DNA of 64,000 bases, from IMG/VR virus record IMGVR_UViG_3300043418_000114, positions 300,248-364,247 of that record. One strand, 5' to 3'. Below, one piece after another: positions 1 through 11,087 of the stretch. How positions within the stretch are numbered: position 1 is the stretch's first letter; each line of letters opens with the position of its first letter. Below the pieces are notes generated by a model that was given only the letters and a program-made list of their open reading frames with translations, had not been told where the DNA came from and made no database searches. Both the position numbers and the translations under genes were made by a program.

Positions 1-727
1 AGAACTTGGAATATTAAAGCCATTGGCAGCCACCGATGGCATCATTTTCCCATACACTCCAAGTATAAGTGTTGCATATAACGCATCTTATGACAATACC
101 GAATTGACACATAGCAACTATAGAATGTATCAATACAAGTCAAGTAGTGTTGATAATATCACGATTTCATGTGATTTTACTGCTCAAGACACACAGGAAG
201 CAAACTACTTACTAGCGACGATTCACTTCCTACGAACAATCACGAAAATGTTCTATGGTCAAGATAAAGGACCTGCTCCTGGAACACCACCTCCACTGGT
301 TTATCTAACCGGCTTAGGCGCATTCCAATTCGATAGACATCCACTAGCGATTACCAATTTTAATTATACGTTGCCCAATGAGGTTGACTATATACGTGCT
401 GGTGTACCTGCATCGCCACCTGGTGTCGCTAAAAATACACCTGGAGAAACCAATAAGCCATCTCTATTCAGTCAAGTAACATCCGTTGCTAGTAGATTAT
501 TTGGATCTAATTTATTGGCCGGCGCACAAGCCGCCCCTCCAGCGTGGAAAACAACCCAAACAGGAACAGTAACTGAGCCAACTTATGTACCTACCAAGAT
601 GCAGATACAAATAACAGCAGTGCCAATTGTTTCACGTGGAGATATTAGTAATAGATTCAGTTTGACTAAGTATGGAACAGGCGATTTATTGAGAGGTTCT
701 AAGAATAATGCTGGAGGAATTTGGTAA
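1..727 (+). CDS. Baseplate/tail-tube initiator-like structural protein (gp48/gp54-like), 5'-truncated by the window edge
   Basis: The frame is open from the window edge (ELGILKPLAATDGIIFPYTP...). It has FPYTP and PPP-VYL-G-G motifs typical of tail tube initiator/baseplate proteins and lies directly before a gp53-like gene. Confidence 0.55.
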   Translation, partial: ELGILKPLAATDGIIFPYTPSISVAYNASYDNTELTHSNYRMYQYKSSSVDNITISCDFTAQDTQEANYLLATIHFLRTITKMFYGQDKGPAPGTPPPLVYLTGLGAFQFDRHPLAITNFNYTLPNEVDYIRAGVPASPPGVAKNTPGETNKPSLFSQVTSVASRLFGSNLLAGAQAAPPAWKTTQTGTVTEPTYVPTKMQIQITAVPIVSRGDISNRFSLTKYGTGDLLRGSKNNAGGIW

Positions 728-1047
728 TGGCAGTTAATAACACAAACCCTTTATATTCCGCGACGAGTCCATATAATGGAACAGGAATTGTAAATAATAA
801 ATTTTTAGATGTAATGGTCAATAGACCTATTCCAATGTTGGCAACTGATATCTATTGGAATATTACACCGACTTATGAATATCGTCCTGATCTATTAGCA
901 TATGACTTATATAACGACAGTAGATTATGGTGGGTATTTGCACAACGTAATCCAAACAGATTGAAAGATCCATATTTTGATTTTGTTGCAGGAGTTGGAA
1001 TTTATTTGCCAAAGCTAGACACATTACAACAGACACTAGGACTATAA
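727..1047 (+). CDS. Baseplate wedge protein, T4 gp53-like (LysM-like)
   Basis: Motif YEYRPDLLAYDLYNDSRLWWVFAQRN; TAATG overlap with the upstream stop favours the ATG at 727. Confidence 0.8.
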   Translation: MAVNNTNPLYSATSPYNGTGIVNNKFLDVMVNRPIPMLATDIYWNITPTYEYRPDLLAYDLYNDSRLWWVFAQRNPNRLKDPYFDFVAGVGIYLPKLDTLQQTLGL

Positions 1048-3912
1048 ATGTCAAAAGTAGATGATATTACCTCTGCGGCCAATGGCCTGAATGATATTTT
1101 AGGCACATTCGCCATCGATCAAAAAGCATTGCAAGACGATACGATTGCATTAATGGCAGAGGATCCATGCTCACAGGGCGCAAGCGATAAACTCAAAGCC
1201 ATTGTAGATAGAGCCGCCGAACTAAACGCACAGAAAACAGGATACGCCCAGTTATTAGACACGTTGCAGTCTCAGTATGATAATCTTGGCATATTTGACT
1301 TTGGTGATAAGGCTGCCGCAAAGGCTGCCATTGATGCGACAAAGGCCGCATATCTTAATATCAATACAATAGCTAAAGACTTTACAGGCCCAACTAAACG
1401 TGCTGATTTAACAGCGGCAATTGCCGCATGTCCAGTTGATGCAACTGCAGGTGAACAGGCGACTAGTCCAGCTAGCACTAATGCCGACCCTGCAACTGCA
1501 ACAACAGATGCTAATGGTGCACCATCATCACAGGGTGAAAATCAATCAACTGATGATAATCCAGATCCTACACAAAAAAGTCCACCATCTACCTCTACAA
1601 CAACACCTGTACAGGAAGTCGTCGTTACTGCTAATAGACCAAAGAAACAAAAGCCTGGCATCAGAACGAAAAACCCACTAAGCAACTTCTCCAGTTACAC
1701 GTATCAAATAACACTATACATGATTACCCCTGATGCATATCAGGCATTCGTGTTGTCCGATCGAACTAAAATCAATGCTATCAATAATACAACTAGCGCA
1801 GATGCGGCCAAAGCGGTCGGCGGTAACGGCGCGTATATTGTTGCACAATCGGGTGGCATAAACAACTCAACTTCTAAACGTCTTCCAAATTCGCCGTTTG
1901 ATTACTACATCGACGATTTGAAGATGAACACTATGATCTCCAGTAGAGATACCAAGACTGAAACTAACACGACTGAATTTTCATTCAACGTGTATGAGCC
2001 TTATGGTTTCTCCTTTATTTCTGAATTGAAACGTGCAAGAGCCGCATTGACATCATCATCAAATAAGTCAGCACAATTTAAAGACAATGAAGATCCTATG
2101 AAACAATTCTTTGTATTAGGAATTAAATTCAGAGGTTACGATAAAGATGGCAAAGTACTATCTGGCAACGAACACTTTGCTAGTGATACTGCAAATCCAG
2201 TTGGCAATAGTGATGGCGTATTCGAACGATTCTTTGACATTGCAATCAAGACGTTCAAGTTTAAGCTAGATGGCAAAACCACAGTCTATAACATCACTGC
2301 GGCATCATTGCCAATCATTGAAGCGGCAAGTTTAAAGCGTGGTACACTTGATAAAGATACTACCGTTACTGCAGGAACAGTGGGTGACGCAATCGACGAT
2401 TTGATTTCTAAATTGAACAACATTGAAAAGCAAATGTTGAACAAAGAAAAACCAGACATTGAGAAAGCAAACACGTATGCAGTGAAGTTTCTTCCAGGTG
2501 CTGAGATTCTACAAAATGCAAAGTTAGCCACCAAGAACAACTTAGATAAGTCCAGATGGGCAGGTAATCCTATTAAAGATACCAAAGATGTTAATGCTAA
2601 ACTCGAAGTATCAAGTACACCTAACAACACAGAAGTTACGGTGAAGATGGTCCAAGGTACTCCTATATTGCAACTGATTAGTGATTTGGTCAAGAATAGT
2701 AGTTATTTGGCAGATGCCATGATAGTGTTAAATGAAGCAAACTCACAGGGCAATCAAGACATACAGAATAGTAAAAATCCAAAAACATTGCGTTGGTTCA
2801 ATATATCACCAAACGTAGTTTGTACTGGATGGGACAAGAAACGTAACGACTATGTATATGACATTACGTATGTGATTCAAACATACGAAACGCCTGCGGC
2901 AATCGCATTGTTAGCTGGCAAAGTAACACCATACTACGGACCACATAAACGTTACGACTATCTCTACACAGGTCAAAACTCGGAAGTCATATCATATGAA
3001 CAGCAAATGAATAATACATTCTTTGTTAACATGTATGAGAACCCAGATGATCCAGGTGCTAGTAAAGGACCTCCTGGCATATCAAAAGCTACTGGTAAAC
3101 CATCAAACGTTTCTAACCAAAACAACGCTGACACTGGCCCACAATCGTTCGGTCCGTATCTAACTAGCTTGTTTGATCTTAGCGCATATGCAACTGCGAA
3201 GATGACGATTATGGGTGATCCAGATTACCTAATGCAAACCACATCAAGTGGAACACAGCTAAGTGATGTGTATAACCAATTCTATGGTGTCGATGGCTTT
3301 ACCATTAATCCAAACGGCGGACAAGTATTCGTCGAGGTTGATTTCAAAGAAGCAAAAGACTACAACAACGAAACAGGGTATTTAAAAATTAACGACAGTA
3401 TTTTATTCTGGAATTATCCAAAAGAAGCACAGGTACAAGGAGTTAGTTATCAACTACGTCAAGTAACAAGTGTGTTCAGTAAAGGTAAGTTTACACAGTC
3501 ATTGGACATGTTTATGAATACGTTTGATGATTATCCAACATCAGATACAACAGACGCAGGTAGAGAAAATCAATCTGACGCAGAAACAGCACGATTAGCT
3601 AGACAAAGTGCCGCATCAGGTCCTACTGGTCAGACCGCAAGCAATCCATCTGGTTCAACAACTGAACAAACTGCCGCAACATCAGACGCCGCAGGCTCAT
3701 TGACGCCATCAACTGCGCCTGCCAATAACACACTGACTAGTCCAACGGGCGGAGTATCAGATCAACCTCCAACAGCGGCATCAATCATTGCTAATTCTCC
3801 AATTATTCAAGCATCTAACTCTGTACCTGTAATTAAAACAGTGCAAGATGATGATAGTACTAGTGGAAATACTCCTACAATTGCATCCGATCAGGGAGGC
3901 AGAGAAAGTTAA
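1048..3912 (+). CDS. Putative baseplate hub protein (gp27-like) with low-complexity N- and C-terminal extensions
   Basis: Lies between gp53-like and gp5-like genes; NPL..FSSYTYQITL, IMGDPDYL and Y...VTSVFSKGKFTQ.L motifs resemble hub proteins. Confidence 0.6.
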   Translation: MSKVDDITSAANGLNDILGTFAIDQKALQDDTIALMAEDPCSQGASDKLKAIVDRAAELNAQKTGYAQLLDTLQSQYDNLGIFDFGDKAAAKAAIDATKAAYLNINTIAKDFTGPTKRADLTAAIAACPVDATAGEQATSPASTNADPATATTDANGAPSSQGENQSTDDNPDPTQKSPPSTSTTTPVQEVVVTANRPKKQKPGIRTKNPLSNFSSYTYQITLYMITPDAYQAFVLSDRTKINAINNTTSADAAKAVGGNGAYIVAQSGGINNSTSKRLPNSPFDYYIDDLKMNTMISSRDTKTETNTTEFSFNVYEPYGFSFISELKRARAALTSSSNKSAQFKDNEDPMKQFFVLGIKFRGYDKDGKVLSGNEHFASDTANPVGNSDGVFERFFDIAIKTFKFKLDGKTTVYNITAASLPIIEAASLKRGTLDKDTTVTAGTVGDAIDDLISKLNNIEKQMLNKEKPDIEKANTYAVKFLPGAEILQNAKLATKNNLDKSRWAGNPIKDTKDVNAKLEVSSTPNNTEVTVKMVQGTPILQLISDLVKNSSYLADAMIVLNEANSQGNQDIQNSKNPKTLRWFNISPNVVCTGWDKKRNDYVYDITYVIQTYETPAAIALLAGKVTPYYGPHKRYDYLYTGQNSEVISYEQQMNNTFFVNMYENPDDPGASKGPPGISKATGKPSNVSNQNNADTGPQSFGPYLTSLFDLSAYATAKMTIMGDPDYLMQTTSSGTQLSDVYNQFYGVDGFTINPNGGQVFVEVDFKEAKDYNNETGYLKINDSILFWNYPKEAQVQGVSYQLRQVTSVFSKGKFTQSLDMFMNTFDDYPTSDTTDAGRENQSDAETARLARQSAASGPTGQTASNPSGSTTEQTAATSDAAGSLTPSTAPANNTLTSPTGGVSDQPPTAASIIANSPIIQASNSVPVIKTVQDDDSTSGNTPTIASDQGGRES

Positions 3913-3914
3913 TC

Positions 3915-6900
3915 ATGGCAGATAATTTATTTAAAACAAGAGGTCAAGTTAAGTCAGCTAGTTCAGAAGCTGGTAGTGGCGTCACTAGATCATTGCCAGT
4001 TTATGGCATCGTAAAAAACAACATCGATGCAACTAGAACAGGCCAGCTACAAGTCTACATTGAAAACTTTGGATCAAGTAATCCAGACGATAGCAATTCA
4101 TGGATACCAGTATCATACATGATGCCGTTTTATGGCGTGACTGCACCAACTGCACCAAATACTGGCTACGGTGACTATGTTGGTAACCCAACAAGCTACG
4201 GCATGTGGTACAGTCCACCAGACATTGGCAGTAAAGTAATTTGTATTTTCATCAACGGTGACCCAGGTAGTGGTTTCTGGATTGGCTGTGTACCTCAGGC
4301 AGAAGCATTAACAATGGTACCTGCAATTGGTTCAAGTGATAATGTCACCATGAACAAAGGCGAAGCAGATAGCTACGGCGGAGCAACACGCTTGCCAGTA
4401 ACTAACATGAACACCAATGATACTAACAAAGCAGACAGTGCTAATTTCTTAAACACTGCGAAGCCTGTTCACAGTTATGCCGCTAGTATTCTAGCACAGC
4501 AAGGTTTAATTCGTGATACAGTTAGAGGCACGATTGGCACTAGCGCACAGCGTGAAAGTCCTAGTAGAGTTGGATGGGGCGTCAATACACCAGGTCGACC
4601 AATTTATCAAGGTGGATTCAATGATGATAACTTGCTTGATAATATAAAGTCAAACAAAGAAAAACTACAACTAATCAATCGTCGTGCTGGTCATTCTATC
4701 GTAATGGACGATGGTGATATCACTGGTAAAGATCAGTTGATTCGTTTGCGTACTGCATTAGGTCATCAGATTTTAATGAGTGACGATGGACAAACTTTGT
4801 TCATTATACATAGTAACGGTCAAAGCTACATTGAGTTGGGCAAAGAGGGTACAATTGACATGTATTCTACAAACTCAGTGAACGTTAGAACACAGGGCGA
4901 TTTAAATCTACATGCAGACAACAACATTAACATTAATGCCGCAAAAGATTTAAACATTTCTGCAAAGAATATGAATGTGAATACCGAAACTGATACTAAC
5001 TTCCGTGTCGGTGGAAATTATAGCAACTACATTCAAGGCAATTACACTGTAAAAGTTGATAGCAGTTTAAGTTTATATGCAAGTGGCGAATCAAGTATTG
5101 CTAGCGCAGGCACAACTTACGTAACCGGTCCGTCCGCTGTTAACTTGAACACAGGTTCAGCATCGTTGGTTCCAGCAACAGTCTCTCCTATTCCAATTAT
5201 TGCACAAACAGATACCTTATTTGATAAAGTCAAGGGATGGGCAGCCGCACCTGGAAAGTTGTTAACTATTGTAAGTCGTGCACCTGCACACGCTCCATGG
5301 GCTAGTGCAAATCAAGGTGTAGATGTTAAGGTTGATAATGATGCCGATGCATCATTACCATCAGTACCATCTAGTTCAGTTGCCGCTGTGAACAATGCAA
5401 CTGCCGGTGTGCCAGAAGTACCAACCGCTCCAGCATTGATTGCCACGGTTCCAGGTGCAAGTGCGGCCAGTTCTGCACTAGATGCTAGCACAACCGCATC
5501 ATTAGTTGGTGCCGCGGCATCAACCGCATCAGCAACTGCCGCATCAGTGGTAAAGGCAGGAACAGGTACGATAACAGATGCCACTGGCAAACTAACCGCC
5601 GCGGTTGGATCATTGGCACAAACACCACAGCAACTAGAAACTGCCGGCATATTGAAGCCTGGCGCGGCATCAGTCGTGAATGGATTAGTTCAAGCTGGTA
5701 AATCAGTTACTGACGCCATGACTTCTAATCTATTCACTGGTAAGCCAGGCGCACAATCATTAACTGCATTGGTAAACAACACCAAGGCACAAGTTGGTTC
5801 AGTAATTTCCAACATACAGTCTGCTCAAGCTGGATTGACACAAACCGGCGTGATTACCGGCAAAGAATCGCCTACTCAGATTGCTGGTCTAGTGAGCGCG
5901 GCCGCGAGTAGCGGTGTGAAAGCAGTCACTGACTTTGTTAACAATGCATCAGGAAGTATCGGATCAGCAATCAGTGGAATTGGAAATAAGCTAACCGCCG
6001 GCCCAAGTTCAATCGCAGGTCAGATTAGTGCAGGCAACTTTGCCGCAGGACTTTCTAGCACAGTGACAGGTGGATTAAGTTCCATCGCCACCTCATTGAG
6101 TGGTATGGGAGCTAGTGCGATCAAGGGCGTTTCAGGCTTGTTAGATAGTGCTAAGGGTGTTGCTGGTTCAGCATTCGCCGCAATTACCAAATCGTTCAAG
6201 TCGTTTACACCAGGTGTGCCACAGAACCTAACAGAAATTGCCAAGAAGAATGCCGCAGAAGCATCTACAGCAGACGCCACAAGTGCCGGTTCAGGCGGAC
6301 TATTTGATTCGATCAAGGGTGCCGCTAGCGGTGCACTATCATCTGCGAAGAATGCATTGGCTAGCTTAACATCAGGTGCAGGATCAGGTGTAGGTAACTT
6401 ACCAGGTGGCCTCGGTGCAATCACCTCCAATTTGAACAAGGCAGCCGATATTACTGCAAAGGTTCCAGGTTTAGCTGGAGTTTCTGCACTAGCTAAATCA
6501 GCATCATCGGCAGTAAACAATGGAATTTCATTGGCAAAGAGTGCATCTAGTGCAGTTGCCAGCCTAACAAACACCGCGAATAGTATATCTGGTGGCATTG
6601 ATAAGTTAACTAGCAGTGTTTCAGGCAGTGGTATACCTGGCGCAGGAGGTCTAGGAGGACTTGCGGCCAGCGCACAGGGCGCATTATCCAAGCTAGGTAG
6701 TACTAGCCTGTCATCCTTGGTGTCTGCTGGTCTTCCAGCAAGCGTAGGAGCCCAGTTGAATTCAGCTATCAGTTCGTTAAGTGCAGGCGGTCCGTTCCCG
6801 ATCAAACTTCCAACGGTCGCATCGGACACAAGTAATCGTGCTAGCTTAGGTACACAGATCACTTCTGTTCTTGGAAACGCTAAGATTCCTGCTCCTAATT

Positions 6901-7163
6901 TCAATAAGAATGTGGACGCACAAAAAGCAGAAGCAGACCGTCTATCTGCGTTGGTAGAACAACAGCAGGCATTATTGAAGCAACTAGAAGAACAAAGCAC
7001 CGTGGTTGACAAAGCACAGGATGCATTTGCTACCGCTAGAGATAGCTTACCGGCTGGCGACCCAGGAATCACTGCCGCGTTGGACGCATACAAAGCAGAA
7101 ATGACTAAGCACAGTGAAATTGCAACAAAAATCAGAGCTATAGCAGATTCTGCGCTGGGATAA
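3915..7163 (+). CDS. Baseplate central spike, gp5/VgrG-like (OB-fold plus beta-helix), with long Ala/Ser/Gly-rich C-terminal extension
   Basis: GIVKNNID..RTGQLQVYI, W..PPDIGSKVICIF.NGDP..GFWIGC and GHSIVMDD motifs; sits immediately upstream of the gp25-like gene. Confidence 0.8.
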   Translation: MADNLFKTRGQVKSASSEAGSGVTRSLPVYGIVKNNIDATRTGQLQVYIENFGSSNPDDSNSWIPVSYMMPFYGVTAPTAPNTGYGDYVGNPTSYGMWYSPPDIGSKVICIFINGDPGSGFWIGCVPQAEALTMVPAIGSSDNVTMNKGEADSYGGATRLPVTNMNTNDTNKADSANFLNTAKPVHSYAASILAQQGLIRDTVRGTIGTSAQRESPSRVGWGVNTPGRPIYQGGFNDDNLLDNIKSNKEKLQLINRRAGHSIVMDDGDITGKDQLIRLRTALGHQILMSDDGQTLFIIHSNGQSYIELGKEGTIDMYSTNSVNVRTQGDLNLHADNNININAAKDLNISAKNMNVNTETDTNFRVGGNYSNYIQGNYTVKVDSSLSLYASGESSIASAGTTYVTGPSAVNLNTGSASLVPATVSPIPIIAQTDTLFDKVKGWAAAPGKLLTIVSRAPAHAPWASANQGVDVKVDNDADASLPSVPSSSVAAVNNATAGVPEVPTAPALIATVPGASAASSALDASTTASLVGAAASTASATAASVVKAGTGTITDATGKLTAAVGSLAQTPQQLETAGILKPGAASVVNGLVQAGKSVTDAMTSNLFTGKPGAQSLTALVNNTKAQVGSVISNIQSAQAGLTQTGVITGKESPTQIAGLVSAAASSGVKAVTDFVNNASGSIGSAISGIGNKLTAGPSSIAGQISAGNFAAGLSSTVTGGLSSIATSLSGMGASAIKGVSGLLDSAKGVAGSAFAAITKSFKSFTPGVPQNLTEIAKKNAAEASTADATSAGSGGLFDSIKGAASGALSSAKNALASLTSGAGSGVGNLPGGLGAITSNLNKAADITAKVPGLAGVSALAKSASSAVNNGISLAKSASSAVASLTNTANSISGGIDKLTSSVSGSGIPGAGGLGGLAASAQGALSKLGSTSLSSLVSAGLPASVGAQLNSAISSLSAGGPFPIKLPTVASDTSNRASLGTQITSVLGNAKIPAPNFNKNVDAQKAEADRLSALVEQQQALLKQLEEQSTVVDKAQDAFATARDSLPAGDPGITAALDAYKAEMTKHSEIATKIRAIADSALG

Positions 7164-7166
7164 ATA
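7159..7166 (+). promoter_or_regulatory. T4-type late promoter box (GATAAATA)
   Basis: Matches the TATAAATA late consensus at 7 of 8 positions; the same motif recurs in intergenic positions across the window. Confidence 0.65.
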
Positions 7167-7181
7167 TCATAGGGAATAATC

Positions 7182-7631
7182 ATGCCATCATATTACGGAT
7201 TTAGCACAATAAACGCAAACAAACCACAGTCTACTAACTTAAACGCAGGGGTAGACGGTGGATATGGTGGCACAGTCAGACCTGTCGTGTTTGGTAAGAA
7301 GTATGTATTGGTTGACGAACAATTGATTATCCAAGACTTTATCAATGCATTGAATATCCAACAGGGTCAGAAAGTGGGTCAACCTCAATATGGTACTACT
7401 ATCTGGTCATTCATTTTTGAGCCAAACACACTGGACACTCAGACTAAACTACAAAACGAAATCCTTCGAGTGGCTAGCCAGGACCCACGAATGATCATTA
7501 ATACGATCAATGTATATCCACAAGACAATGGCATCTTAATCGAAATCGAGATGGCTATTACGCCAATGAACAACGCATTTCAGTTGTCAGTATTTTTTGA
7601 TAACCTAACAAATCGAGCGGTAGCACAGTAA
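7182..7631 (+). CDS. Baseplate wedge subunit, gp25/GPW family
   Basis: LIIQDFINALNIQQGQKVGQPQYGTTIWSFIFEP...DPRM pattern, 149 aa, located between gp5- and gp6-like genes. Confidence 0.85.
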   Translation: MPSYYGFSTINANKPQSTNLNAGVDGGYGGTVRPVVFGKKYVLVDEQLIIQDFINALNIQQGQKVGQPQYGTTIWSFIFEPNTLDTQTKLQNEILRVASQDPRMIINTINVYPQDNGILIEIEMAITPMNNAFQLSVFFDNLTNRAVAQ

Positions 7632-7658
7632 TCCTTAAAAACCAGTGTTTTCAGGTAT

Positions 7659-7666
7659 GATAAATA
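7659..7666 (+). promoter_or_regulatory. T4-type late promoter box (GATAAATA)
   Basis: Intergenic, upstream of the gp6-like gene. Confidence 0.65.
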
Positions 7667-7686
7667 CTTAAAAGAGAACACTATCC

Positions 7687-10600
7687 ATGGCTACAAGTTC
7701 AAGACAATCCGCACTATTTGGCGTTAATGACTGGCAGGCATTATATCAAACCTTCCGCCAGGCAGACTTTAGAAGTTATGACTATGAAACCATTCGCAAG
7801 AGTTTCATTGATTACTTACGTACCTATTATCCAGAGACATTCAATGACTACATTGAATCGTCAGAATTTATTGCCTTACTTGACGTTATGGCGTTTATGG
7901 GTCAAGGTCTTGCTTTCCGCAACGACTTGAACACCCGTGAAAACTTCATTGACACCGCAGAGCGTAGAGATTCTGTAGTTAAGTTGGCCAACTTAGTTAG
8001 CTATAATCCAAAGCGCAACTTGTCTGGTCAAGGATATATCAAAGTCACCAGCATTCAGACTACCCAAAATATCTCAGACTTGAATGGCTTTAATCTTTCT
8101 AATGTTCCTATCCTATGGAACGACCCTGCTAACCCAAACTGGCAAGAACAGTTCAACACTATCGTTAACGCCACACTAATCGATACTCAACGTGTTGGTC
8201 GACCTGGCAATAGTGCTACGATTCTAGGCGTAAAAACCGACGAATACGCAATGAATATTCCTGTTTCTAGTTTGCCGATTGTGCCATTTACCACATCAGT
8301 TAATGGTCAAGACATGAACTTTGAATTGGTATCAGTAACAAGTGTTGGTGAAGACTATGTATATGAGTTGCCACCAGCACCAAGTCAAAAATTTAACATG
8401 TTGTATCGTAACGACAAGTTAGGTTATGGCAGTCCTAACACAGGATTCTTCTTCTATTTCAAACAAGGTTCCTTGTTGAATTATGATTTCATCCTTCAAC
8501 AACAAATTAGTAACCAAGTAGTTGACATTGATATCCAAGGTATCAATAACACAGATACATGGTTATATCAGTTGAATGCAAACAATTCTCCTACTGGTCT
8601 TTGGAAACAAGTCGAAGATGTATATGCTGACGCTTATCTACAAACTGAATCTAGTATCAAGAATATCTTCTCAGTTACTTCACGTTTCAACGATCAAGTA
8701 ACTTATGTGTTCGGTGATGGTGTTTTCAGTCAGATTCCAGTTGGTTCTTTCCGTGCATATGTTCGTTCAAGTAACGGATTGACATACACAATTGATCCTA
8801 CTGAAATGCAGGGCGTGTTTGTCACATTCAACTATGTAAGTCGTTATGGTCGTACTGAAACATTGACAATTGGTTTAGAACTAGCTACACCTGTTTCTAA
8901 CGCACAGTCACGTGAAAGCATTGCTAACATTAAGCAAAATGCGCCAGCCCGTTACTACACACAGAACCGTATGGTCAACGGTGAAGACTATAACAACTTC
9001 CCATACACTCTATACAGTTCAATCATCAAGTCAAAAGCTATCAATCGTAGCTCAGTTGGTGTATCTAAGAATCTAGACTTACTTGATCCAACTGGCAAGT
9101 ATTCTAGTACCAATAGTTTCGCCAGTGACGGCGCAATGTATCTGAATGATGATGACGGTGTGTTGGCATTTACTATCACGAATGCTGGCGATATCATTAC
9201 ATTCTTGACTGATTCATTGGCGGCTGTGTTGGCAGACAACAGAGCAATGCAATATTATATTCAGAACTATCCTCGTTACTCGATTAATTCTGCTAGTGGC
9301 GACGGAACAGTTTATTGGAATACAAGTACAGTTGACGCAAACAGCAACTCTGGATATTTCTACAACACAATTAACAATGATAATACTCCTATTCCAGTAG
9401 GAACGTATTCTACTCACAATGTGAAGTACATCACCAAAGGTGCTATGTTGAACTTTACAGCACCTCCTGGATATTACTTTGATAGTAACAACCGCTTGGT
9501 GCCTGGTATTGCAGGTCCTAGTTCTCTAACATCTATTTGGACAACTGCATTGAATGTAATCGGCGACGGTTATAACAATGGCGTAGGACAGTTCAGCAAC
9601 GGTAAAGGCCCAATCACACTTAACGGATATATTCCAAACGGCGCAATCTTAAACACAGTTATTCCTGCGTTCAGCAGTTCATTGCCAAACTCCGTTGTTC
9701 AAGAGTGTATCACTAAACTTGAATTGAATCAAAGTTTCAGCTTGGTGTTTGACAATAGCTTAACTATCGCTCAAGATCGTTGGAGCATTGGAACATACAA
9801 TCAAAGCAATTACTTTGTAAACTTTTCCAGCAAGCCTGGAACAAACATGTACACTGTAACATATCGCTCATTGGCATACTACTTCGGTAGTGTTAAGGAC
9901 ACTCGATTCACCTTTGAATTGGGTAAACTAGTTTACGATCCATTTAGCGGTAAGATTCTACAAGACTTCGTGAATGTGTTACAGACTAACACACAGCCAA
10001 CCAGCAACTATCCATTGGCAACAAATGTCCAAGCTAGTGTTCTTGGTCAGACAGTTTTAAGCGATGGCTACATTAACGACTTTGAAGTTGAGATTGCAAG
10101 TATAGATGTTAATGATAGAACAGTTATCATGAATCCTGACTTCTTTACTCAAGTTACTGGCTATGTCAACGGTTCAGCTAACATAGGCATCTACACATTT
10201 TTTGAATTGATTCAAGATTCCGTTACGCTTTCAAATTATCAATTACTCGACAGTACTACTATCAATTATCAATTCAGTAATTCTACACAAATTGAAGTTG
10301 TTAAATATGAGTATCCAGTTGGTCAAGTGTTCTATGCATATGCCGAAAACAAATTCTATACGACAGTGCAAGATCCAACAGTTCAAACGTTGGACTATTC
10401 ATTAGTACCTCAGCCACAATATATCATGAAGCCAGGTCGTCAAGGATTGAATTTCCAATATCGTCACAACAGTAACAATACAACTCGTATTGATCCTGCG
10501 ACTACAAACATTATCGACATGTACATTGTTACATTGGCATACTACACCGCGTATCAGAACTACATTCAAGATACTACCAACACTATTCCTGAGCCTAATA

Positions 10601-11061
10601 AGCCAACGATCAATGATTTGAATCAGGAATATGGTAAGATTCAAGATTACAAAATGTTGTCAGACAGCGTTGTATTAAACTCTGTTGTCTTTAAGCCATT
10701 ATTTGGACCTAAGGCCGCACCAGCATTGCGTTCTACTATCAAGGTTATTAAGAACCATGCGACAAACGCAAGTGATAGTGAGATTCGTAGTGCTGTGTTA
10801 GCAACTATGAACAACTATTTTAGTATCCAGAACTGGAACTTCGGTGATACGTTCTACTTCTCTGAGTTGAGTGCATACATTCATAATCAGATTGGTGAAT
10901 TGGTAAGCTCCGTGGTACTAGTACCAAATGATCCTACAATGCACTTCGGTGACTTGTATGAAATTAAATGCATGCCGTTTGAAATTTTTGTCAATGCGGC
11001 AACAGCGAACGATGTAGTAGTAATTGCAGGTCTTACACCAGCACAATTACAAATAGCATAA
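7687..11061 (+). CDS. Baseplate wedge protein, T4 gp6-like
   Basis: DF.SYDYETIR, FND..ESSEFIALLD, ENF.DTAERRDSV.KLA..VSYNP, FGDG.F and ESI..IK.NAP..YYTQNRMV..EDY motifs. Confidence 0.85.
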   Translation: MATSSRQSALFGVNDWQALYQTFRQADFRSYDYETIRKSFIDYLRTYYPETFNDYIESSEFIALLDVMAFMGQGLAFRNDLNTRENFIDTAERRDSVVKLANLVSYNPKRNLSGQGYIKVTSIQTTQNISDLNGFNLSNVPILWNDPANPNWQEQFNTIVNATLIDTQRVGRPGNSATILGVKTDEYAMNIPVSSLPIVPFTTSVNGQDMNFELVSVTSVGEDYVYELPPAPSQKFNMLYRNDKLGYGSPNTGFFFYFKQGSLLNYDFILQQQISNQVVDIDIQGINNTDTWLYQLNANNSPTGLWKQVEDVYADAYLQTESSIKNIFSVTSRFNDQVTYVFGDGVFSQIPVGSFRAYVRSSNGLTYTIDPTEMQGVFVTFNYVSRYGRTETLTIGLELATPVSNAQSRESIANIKQNAPARYYTQNRMVNGEDYNNFPYTLYSSIIKSKAINRSSVGVSKNLDLLDPTGKYSSTNSFASDGAMYLNDDDGVLAFTITNAGDIITFLTDSLAAVLADNRAMQYYIQNYPRYSINSASGDGTVYWNTSTVDANSNSGYFYNTINNDNTPIPVGTYSTHNVKYITKGAMLNFTAPPGYYFDSNNRLVPGIAGPSSLTSIWTTALNVIGDGYNNGVGQFSNGKGPITLNGYIPNGAILNTVIPAFSSSLPNSVVQECITKLELNQSFSLVFDNSLTIAQDRWSIGTYNQSNYFVNFSSKPGTNMYTVTYRSLAYYFGSVKDTRFTFELGKLVYDPFSGKILQDFVNVLQTNTQPTSNYPLATNVQASVLGQTVLSDGYINDFEVEIASIDVNDRTVIMNPDFFTQVTGYVNGSANIGIYTFFELIQDSVTLSNYQLLDSTTINYQFSNSTQIEVVKYEYPVGQVFYAYAENKFYTTVQDPTVQTLDYSLVPQPQYIMKPGRQGLNFQYRHNSNNTTRIDPATTNIIDMYIVTLAYYTAYQNYIQDTTNTIPEPNKPTINDLNQEYGKIQDYKMLSDSVVLNSVVFKPLFGPKAAPALRSTIKVIKNHATNASDSEIRSAVLATMNNYFSIQNWNFGDTFYFSELSAYIHNQIGELVSSVVLVPNDPTMHFGDLYEIKCMPFEIFVNAATANDVVVIAGLTPAQLQIA

Positions 11062-11087
11062 GTACTATATAACAATAGAGACTTGAA

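Noticed and set aside
6020-7183. 387-aa minus-strand ORF, and similar ones at 5312-5650, 2286-2693 and 30253-30705
   Set aside because: These are antisense shadows of Ala/Ser/Gly/Thr-rich plus-strand genes, with no RBS or motifs.
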